DNA of 64,000 bases from Ranitomeya imitator (taxonomy: Eukaryota), in contig NC_091291.1 in NCBI RefSeq assembly GCF_032444005.1, positions 141,174,001 through 141,238,000 on the forward strand. The letters are read 5' to 3'. Below the pieces are notes generated by a model. It did not search any database and was not told the origin of the DNA. It saw nothing but the letters and a program-made list of their open reading frames with translations. Shown here piece after piece: positions 58,201 through 64,000 of the stretch. The stretch's first letter is position 1, and every line of letters starts with the position of its first letter. The position numbers and the translations under genes are program-made.

Positions 58201-59293
58201 CCTCACTTTTCTTTGTGTTCATAGGCCACTGCTGACGGTGCTGGTTCCCCCCAAAACCCAGCTGCTCTTGGCTCCCCCCAATATCCAGCCGCTCTTGGCT
58301 CCCCTCTGCGCGCCATACAGGAGGCCCCAGGCGAGGGGCCATCTACGCCCATTACACCCATGGTTGGCGCCCTTGCAGGACAAGGTTTCCGGACAAGGTA
58401 AGCATCAAACCTACAGGGTTCGGCTCCGATCCTGGGACCTGTCTGCTGACGGCTGTGTCCGCTCCTTCAGGCAGATGTCGCTCAGCACTTTCGCCATCCT
58501 CAACTCTGCAAAGAAAACCGTGGAAAAGCAACTGAAGCCAAGAAGCAAAAGCATCGGGGCGAAGCCATCAACACCGTGCTTCTCCAGCAGCAATAAGCTG
58601 GGTATGAGCAGAATGCGCTTATAGGGTGGGCTGGGATCACTGTCCTGGCGAGGCTGGGTGGGCCGGGTACATGCCACCTTCCGATTAAAATTAATCCTGG
58701 TTGATCATTCGTGCTTTTTTTCCTGCAGTCACATTCAGCAGCTCCGACCAAAGATCCAACATGTCCCTTGAAGGAAGAGCTATTAGCACTCCGGAGAGTA
58801 AGTATGCCACTGCTGCTGGGCTAGACCCATCCACTGCACCAGATATGGCGGCAAGTGTCAGGTAGGGGATAGTTAAGTCGCGGTGGTGAATTGTGTCCAC
58901 GTCTATATTTGTAGGAACCATTAGTAATGTGACTTTTGGCGCCGGGGTGAGTTACATCAGTGCCAACCATACGCCAGACGAAAACTTGAACTCTTCACAA
59001 AACCAGGAGAACGTTCTATACATCGTATCTCCAGACAGGCCGTGAGTACTGCGTGGGCGAGCCGGGGGTACTGCGTGGGCGGGCGGTGCAGTGATCCAGA
59101 GCGGATAGAATTAATTGTCCCAAAGAAGTTTTGGCAGAAATTGTGACTCTTCCACCGGTGTGCCAAGACTTGTGTTTTCTTCCATCCTCTTAGGGCACCG
59201 CAGCCTGGAGTATGGAAGGTGGAGTCTCCGGTGCAGCGGAGGGGCACCCGCCGGGTGCAGTCGCCACGAGAGCCACTCAAGCCGCCCAACTAG
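31251..59293 (+). CDS. NCAPD3: Condensin II complex subunit D3 (HEAT-repeat HAWK protein), about 1480 aa, complete
   Basis: 34 coding exons: 31251-31317, 34077-34219, 35994-36156, 36325-36509, 36625-36792, 36978-37039, 37580-37667, 37965-38098, 38250-38322, 39389-39514, 40318-40570, 42216-42278, 42793-42873, 43020-43093, 43183-43317, 43768-43988, 47990-48181, 48297-48397, 48659-48774, 48884-48991, 49558-49669, 49750-49869, 51509-51747, 51931-52010, 52085-52222, 52291-52424, 52667-52869, 52949-53059, 53130-53282, 58225-58397, 58471-58601, 58729-58797, 58915-59041, 59194-59293 (4443 nt; all GT-AG; phases close). Motifs [83 protein letters not shown] (matches the human CDK1 site region T1415), [10 protein letters not shown]. 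The exon 22 acceptor could be 49750 or 49756; the exon 29 donor is ambiguous (see findings). Confidence 0.95.
31393..33990 (+). repeat. 86-bp dispersed satellite, array 1 (NCAPD3 intron 1)
   Basis: Unit CCAGAGCTGCACTCACTATTCTGCTGGTGCAGTCACTGTGTACATACATTACATTACTGATCCTGAGTTACATCCTGTATTATAC(C/T), with 81-bp variants; about 30 units. Confidence 0.98.
34238..35993. repeat. ~35-38-bp minisatellite filling NCAPD3 intron 2
   Basis: Unit GCCTCGTGTAGCGCCTCTTACTTCTGCCGCTTCCT; begins 18 nt after the donor and ends in the exon 3 acceptor. Confidence 0.96.
37715..37815. repeat. 27-bp GC-rich repeat (~3.5 units), NCAPD3 intron 7
   Basis: CAGTGTCGGGGCGGTGGGCCCCCGGGG tandem. Confidence 0.9.
38618..38780. 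mobile_element. Short Harbinger/PIF-like MITE relic, NCAPD3 intron 9
   Basis: Inverted termini GCCGGATTCACAC / GTGTGAATCCGGC, followed by TTA on the right. Confidence 0.55.
39133..39316. repeat. 26-bp repeat (~7 units), NCAPD3 intron 9
   Basis: GCGCGCACACTCCCTCCCTCCCTGCC tandem. Confidence 0.93.
39530..39868. repeat. 31-bp repeat (~11 units), NCAPD3 intron 10
   Basis: CTCTGCTCTTCCGCGTGCAGCAGCCGCCGTC tandem, beginning about 15 nt after the exon 10 donor. Confidence 0.95.
40647..42074 (+). repeat. 86-bp dispersed satellite, array 2 (NCAPD3 intron 11)
   Basis: Same unit and orientation as array 1; about 16-17 units. Confidence 0.98.
42340..42752. repeat. Degenerate ~25-37-bp GGT-rich repeat, NCAPD3 intron 12
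   Basis: GGTGGTGGCGGTCGGATGTGCTGTGGC(CAGCTCTGTT/TGGGTCT) units. Confidence 0.9.
43382..43556. mobile_element. 175-bp MITE-like element with 19-bp terminal inverted repeats
   Basis: TTCACATCCAGAGCTGCAC (43382-43400) vs GTGCAGCTTTGGATGTGAA (43538-43556), 18/19 complementary. Confidence 0.55.
44010..47765. repeat. ~29-bp minisatellite with a variable (GGT)n core, NCAPD3 intron 16
   Basis: Unit GCAGGA(C/T)GGAGT(GGT)nGCATGTGT, with an interspersed longer variant GCGGGTGAGCGAGCAGGACTCAGG(C/G)GTGAGAGGT. Confidence 0.97.
48179..48237 (+). repeat. 12-bp repeat x5 comprising the NCAPD3 exon 17 donor site
   Basis: GCG|GTAAGTGGG x5; GT at 48182, 48194, 48206, 48218, 48230. Confidence 0.92.
49942..51426 (-). 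repeat. 86-bp dispersed satellite, array 3, inverted (NCAPD3 intron 22)
   Basis: Reverse complement of the array 1/2 unit (CAGCAGAATAGTGAGTGCAGCTCTGG...); about 17 units. Confidence 0.98.
53255..54075 (+). repeat. 42-bp minisatellite overlapping the NCAPD3 exon 29 3' end and donor
   Basis: Unit TGC(G/C)GGTGTACCAGGGAGTCCACAG|GTGAGGGGGACGGG(C/T)GC; the first copy is coding (AGVPGSPQ). Confidence 0.93.
54784..56410 (+). mobile_element. 5'-half relic of a DIRS-type retrotransposon nested in the piggyBac element
   Basis: ITR-like start TTCACCCATGATGGCACCACCTGAGAGGGATCCGCCC with a 13-bp hairpin (54823-54835 / 54881-54893); gag-like ORF 55051-55401 (...[11 protein letters not shown]...RRYP); frameshifted RT N-terminus at 56020-56410 ([33 protein letters not shown]), then truncated. 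Confidence 0.7.
56470..56757 (+). pseudogene. piggyBac (PGBD4-like) transposase C-terminal fragment with Cys-rich domain
   Basis: Across frames: [25 protein letters not shown]; [23 protein letters not shown]; PGLCIKDCF. The CxxC...C...C...C spacing fits a piggyBac CRD. Confidence 0.65.
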
Positions 59294-59480
59294 ACGGAGC
59301 AGTGCGGGGCTCGGCCTAGTCACTGGCGTCAGTCACTTCTCTGTATATATTTCTCTGTGCCCCATTGCTGATCTTTGCCTTATTTTGCACCTGTCCTGTT
59401 AACCATGTTGATAAATTGTATGTTTCTCTCACTTTGTGTTTTTGGAGCTGCAGATTTTCTGTAATCACTTTATAATGCTT

Positions 59481-59486
59481 ATTAAA
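59481..59486 (+). terminator. Candidate NCAPD3 polyadenylation signal (ATTAAA)
   Basis: ATTAAA about 190 nt after the TAG stop in an AT-rich 3'UTR. Confidence 0.55.
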
Positions 59487-60089
59487 AGGTTTTCACACGG
59501 GTCGTTCTGTGGCCAGATAGTGGCATGTTTTAAGGAGAAAAAACATTTTCATTTTTAATCCTTTTTTTTTTTCTCGCAGGGAAGTTGGCTTTGCCCGTGC
59601 GTTTCCAGTAAAGGCTGTGGCAAAAAGGAGATTTTTGTGTACTCGCCGTAAAATCTTTCTCTTAGCCTCTAATTGGGGGACACAGGACCATGGGTGTTAT
59701 GCTGCCGTCCACTAGGAGGTGACACTATGCATAATCTGAAAAAGATTAACCGTGGCTCCTCCGCTGCAGTATACACCCCTGGACGGCGTCAGCCTTCTCC
59801 AGTATTGTGCAAAAGCATTAGGAGGAACATAACATGAATAACATAACCATGCCTATAAGAAGGCCACTATGTAAGAGTTCAAAGAACAATGTGAGAACTC
59901 GACAGTAACAACGGCTTGTAAAGGGCAACAGGGTAGGAGCTGTGTCCCCCTATTAGAGGCTAAGAGAAAGAGATTTTACGGTGCGTACACAAAAATCTCC
60001 TTTACTCTGTCGCCTCATTGGGTGACACAGGACAATGGGATGTCCCAAAGCAGTCCCTGAGTGGGAAGCAATGGACTAATACTTTGCAG

Positions 60090-61200
60090 ACAGGCCCCAC
60101 ACTTGGGGCACAGCCGCCTGCAGAACCCGCCTACCCAGACTTGCATCCGCTGAGGACTGGGTATGAACTCTAGTGTTTAGTAAACGTATGTAGGCTAGTC
60201 CAAGTGGCCGCCTTACATACTTGTTGTGCCGAAGCCTGGTGCCGAATGGCCCAGGAGGCCCCTACCGCCCGTGTAGAGTGTGCCGTAATACCGGCTGGAA
60301 GGAGAGAATTTTTAAGGCGGTAGTCCTCTAGTATGGTGGATTTGATCCACCTGGCAAGGGTAGCTTTGGAAGCCGGCAGACCCTGGCGGTCGCCTTCCAG
60401 AACAAGGAAAAGAGAATCAGACCTCCGGAAGGGCGCAGTCCTAGACACATATATACGCAATGCCCTGACAAGATCAAGCGTATGCAGAGCCTTCTACACT
60501 CTATGAACCGGAACGGGACAAAGGGATGGCAGTGAAATTTCCTCATTGAGGTGGAAGTGGGAACCAACCTTCGGAAGGAAGGATGGGACCGTACGGAGAA
60601 CTACCTTGTCCTGGTGAAAAGCCAGGAAGGGCAGTCTGCAGGAGAGTGCTGACAGTTCAGACACCCTGCGTAGCGAGGGGATTGCCACCAGAAAGACCAC
60701 CTTCTGGGATAGAAGGCGGAGTGGGACCTCCCTAAGGGGTTCGAAAGGTGGTCCCTGCAATGCTGTCAGGACTAGGTTGAGGTCCCACATTTCTAGTGGA
60801 CGTCTGTAGGGGGGGAACCAATCAGGAAACCCCCTGAAGAAAAGCCCTTGCGGCTTGTTAGCAATGCGTCTCTGAAAAAGCAGTGAGAGGGCTGACACCT
60901 GGCTCTTAAGCGAGCCCAGGGACAGCCTGGCCTCCAGACCCGACTGGAGAAAACCAAGTACTTGGAGGAGAGAATAAGGGAGTGGGGTCTGGCCACGAGA
61001 TTCGCACCAGGTAAAGAAAGCTTTCCAGGTACAGTAATAAATCTTGGCAGAGGCTGGCTTCCGTGCCCTGATCATGGTTCCAATGAAGTCCGGCGATAGC
61101 CCTGCCTGGGTTAGAACCCAGGTCTCAAGGGCCACGCCATCAAATTGAGAGCCCCTGAGTTCTGGTGGTAGAAAGGGCCTTGTGATAGAAGGTCGGGGAG
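60090..61200 (-). pseudogene. DIRS tyrosine recombinase, frameshifted, catalytic Tyr codon destroyed
   Basis: ARKPASAKIY..WK, LSLGSLKSQVSALS, WDLNLVL, LRRVSEL (box I Arg), FHQDKVVLRT..FLPKV, AHSTRAVGASWA (box II), CKAATWTSLHTFTKH*. Confidence 0.88.
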
Positions 61201-62810
61201 ACGCCAGGGGACGTCTGCTGTAAGTTGTACGATGTCGGCGTATCATGTACGTCTGGGCCAGTCCGGTGCGATTAGGATGGTTGGAACTCCCTCTTGCTTG
61301 ATCTTCCTCACCACTCTGGATATCAGGGGGAGAGGTGGAAAAATGTTCAGTCCTGAACCAGGGCATCTGCTCCGATCGACTGCAGATCGTGTGTTCTGGC
61401 CATGAAGTTGGAGATCTTGACATTGAAGTGGGATGCCATTAGGTCCACCACGTCCGGAGTCCCCCAGCGATGGCAGATCTGGTGAAAAATTTCGGGATGG
61501 AGAGACCACTCTCCCCGAGTCCATTCCTTGTCGGCTGAGGAAGTTTGCTTCCCAGTTGTCCACACCTGCAATGTGGACCGCCGAGAGAACCGACCCTGTG
61601 TCTTCCGCCCAGTGGAGGATGTGTATCACTTCTCGCATCGCCTGGGTACTGCGGGTCCCTCCTTGGTGGTTCACATATGCCACAGCCGTGGCATTGTCCG
61701 ACTGTACTCTGATGTGAGAGGCTGCCAGTAAGTGACGGCTCTCAATGCCAGGAGGATGGCATGAATTTCCAGGATGTTCATGGGCATGGTCTTCCACTGG
61801 TGACTACTTGCCCTGTGATGTAGGTGCACCGCATCCCAACCCGTAAGGACCTTCCATTGACCTGTGAGAAAGGATTTCCCCGTTGCTAGCAAGGTTGGCT
61901 TGAGCCACCAGTGCAGGGACCTCCTGGTTGACGACGTTAGCTGGAACTCCCTGTCGAGAGAAAAAGGATTCCTGTCCCAGGGCTTGAGAATGGCTAGTTG
62001 GAGAGGCCTGAGGTGAAACTGGGCAAATGGGACCGCTTCTAGTGCTGCCACCATCCTTCCGAGGACTCTCATGGCAAACCGGAGAAATCGGGGGGGGGGG
62101 GAGGGGGTTTGCGGAGGAGGGTGCGATGACTTTTGTAGGCTGACTAACCAGCCCAGGCGACTCGGAGTGTCGATTTGTGAGTGACACGCTGAGCTCGCAG
62201 TCCTTGAAGGTGGAAGCTTTGATGAGGAGATCGTCCAGGTATGGAACGACTACTATGCCTCTGGAGTGCAGGACGTCCATGGTGGCTGCCATGACCTTGG
62301 TAAACACTCTGGGAGCCGTGGCGAGTCCGAACGGGAGAGCCACGAACTGGCAGAGGTCCTGGTCGATTGCGAACCTGAGAAATCTCTGATGGGCGGGTGC
62401 AATCGGTATATGCAGGTATGCGTCTTGTATGTCTATGGAGGCGAGATATTCTCCCTTCTCCATGGATGCAATGATGGACCGAAAGGACTCCATGCGGAAG
62501 TGACAAACCCGTACATATTTGTTGAGTTGTTTTAGGTCAAGTACGGGCTGCACGCTGCCTCCTATCTTGGACTACGAATAGATTGGAGTAGAACCCTCGG
62601 AAGCGCTCGGCCGCGGGAACCAGTATTATGACTCCTGCTTGAAGAAGCGAGGAAACCGCTTGGTGGAAGGCACGAGCCTTGGCTGGCGGTTTTGGGGGAA
62701 TAGAGGAAGAATCGGTTCGGTGGGTTGGAGGTGAACTCTATCTTGTATCCGGAAGACACTAGTTCCCTGACCCACCTGTCTTCTGTAATAGGCAGCCAGA
62801 CTTGCTGAAA
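61200..62810 (-). pseudogene. DIRS reverse transcriptase - RNase H - methyltransferase-like region, frameshifted
   Basis: PVLDLKQLNK, FRMES, LASIDIQDAYLHIPI, QFVALPFGLATAPRVFTKVM, PYLDDLL (RT); IRVQSDNATAVAYVNHQGGTRS (RNase H); VDLMAS...FPPLPLISRVVRKIKQE...LIAPDWPRR (MT-like). Split over several frames. Confidence 0.88.
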
Positions 62811-62859
62811 GAGCAGAAGTCAGCCGCCTACGGGTGTGGTGTCTTCCGGAGTCCGTGAG

Positions 62860-63700
62860 TCATGATGAGGAGAAAGTCTGAGGTTTTCCTCCTTTGGGCT
62901 TCGACTGGCCTGCTTTTGACTGCCAGGTCTTGTCGGACCTTTGCGTCGACCGTGAGTTGTCCCTGCATGGGGAACGGTTACGATTTTGTGCTGGATGCGA
63001 GATGGACCAGCCCGAAGAATTCCAAAAGGATTGGAATAGAGTTTGGTTACGCTTCTTGTAAGTGCATTTAGGTTTCAGTTGAGGGAGAGAGGTACTCTTC
63101 CCCCCGGTGGTGTTGGATATCATTGTGTCCAACTTTCCACCGAAAAGTCGCCCACTGAGATACGGGAGGTGCGTGAGGGACTTCTTTGAGGCTGTGTCCA
63201 CTTTCCATTCCCGCAGCCAGAGGATACGCTGAGTCGTGATGGCGTTTGATGCTATCCCTGCTACACCCCTTGCTGAATCCAGAGCTGCATGGAGCATGTA
63301 ATCTGCTACAACTGCTATTTGAACCACTTGGTCCGACAGCTCAGGAGGGGATGCTTGGAGGCCAGCTTGTAAATTTTTGGCCCAAGCCAGGATGGCCTTG
63401 GCAGCCCAAACTGAAGCGAACGTGGGAGTCAGGGAGGCCCCTGCAGCCTCGAAAATTGAACGAGCCATGCGTTCTACCTGCCGGTCTGCTGTGTCCCTGA
63501 GGGTTGAGCTATCTGGCAGTGAAAGGAGGGTCTGTGCTGCTAGTCTAGAGACTGGGGGGTCCACGTCGGGTCGATCTGTCCATTCTTTGGTGTCCTTCTG
63601 CGGGAAGGGGTACCTCGCCTCCAAATATTTGTGATTAGCGAACTTCTCAGGCTGTGAGCTGCTTTTTAAGGATCGCCTTAAAAACTCTGGGTGGTTAGAG
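62860..63700 (-). pseudogene. DIRS gag/ORF1 (partial)
   Basis: ORF 62860-63624: YPFPQKDTKEWTDRPDVDPPVSRLA...LRDTADRQVE..., typical of DIRS1 ORF1. Confidence 0.75.
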
Positions 63701-64000
63701 AAGACCTTAGGCAGTTTCAGAACTCATTCAAAGGAAATCTTGTGTTCTGGAGCCTCCGGGGGTGGATCAGATGTCCAGCACCCGATGGATGGAAGAGATT
63801 ACGTCCTCAACTAGCACTGTATTGCAAGGGGGAATTGGGATCAGGGACCCCTCCATTTCCTTGTCTTTGTCGGAGTCACAGATGCCTTCCAAATTCTGTG
63901 TATCATTGAGGCGTCCCCTGGTGGGTGAACTAGGGTGGAGATCTGCATTGTCTGTCCCTGGTAGGGGACGGTCTAGGTGACCTGGAACTACGCTGTCTCT

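Larger units (their letters stand above)
59624..64000 (-). mobile_element. DIRS1-like tyrosine-recombinase retrotransposon, decayed; 5' end beyond the window
   Basis: gag, RT, RNase H, MT-like and YR coding segments in DIRS order on the minus strand. The terminal segment 59624-59684 is the reverse complement of the internal segment 59940-60003 (ICR architecture). The end sits in an A/T run. Confidence 0.92.

Noticed and set aside
31251-59293. Minor (U12) or non-canonical introns in NCAPD3, VPS26B, THYN1 or ACAD8
   Set aside because: All inferred introns are GT-AG, without the GTATCCTT 5' signature.
59555-59622. Strong acceptor-like T-tract/CGCAG downstream of NCAPD3
   Set aside because: No coherent exon or ORF follows before the DIRS boundary; it cannot be assigned.
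1-64000. tRNA, rRNA or SINE genes
   Set aside because: No cloverleaf, Pol III A/B box pair or rRNA-like sequence was recognised by eye; tRNAscan-SE and Infernal were not run.

Overview
Vertebrate genomic DNA, most likely an anuran (frog); the taxon is inferred from the repeat families. The window carries the conserved gene block ACAD8(-) / THYN1(+) / VPS26B(-) / NCAPD3(+), arranged as two head-to-head pairs as at human 11q25. I reconstructed all coding exons by hand from GT-AG boundaries and phase continuity: THYN1 7 coding exons, 222 aa; VPS26B 6 exons, 336 aa; NCAPD3 34 exons, 1480 aa; ACAD8 exons 1-7 only, with its 3' part lying left of position 1. Roughly 27-28 kb (about 43%) is made of about 20 GC-rich minisatellite arrays, which account for nearly all long ORFs in the supplied track; those ORFs are not genes. 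Mobile DNA includes a solo LTR with a 4-bp TSD, several MITEs, a piggyBac-like relic with a nested DIRS fragment, and a second decayed DIRS1-type tyrosine-recombinase retrotransposon at the right edge. The most striking unexplained pattern is that most arrays start or end at splice sites, and at least four have units that are copies of the host gene's own splice signals. The ACAD8 exon 7 donor is amplified about 85 times with +5G removed. NCAPD3 intron 2 is built of tandem branchpoint-pyrimidine-AG cassettes. The NCAPD3 exon 17 donor occurs 5 times, and the exon 29 donor sits in an in-frame 42-bp unit. Inverted arrays of an 86-bp satellite also flank a frame-preserving block of NCAPD3 exons. 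Homology calls rest on recalled protein sequences, not database searches, and repeat boundaries are approximate.
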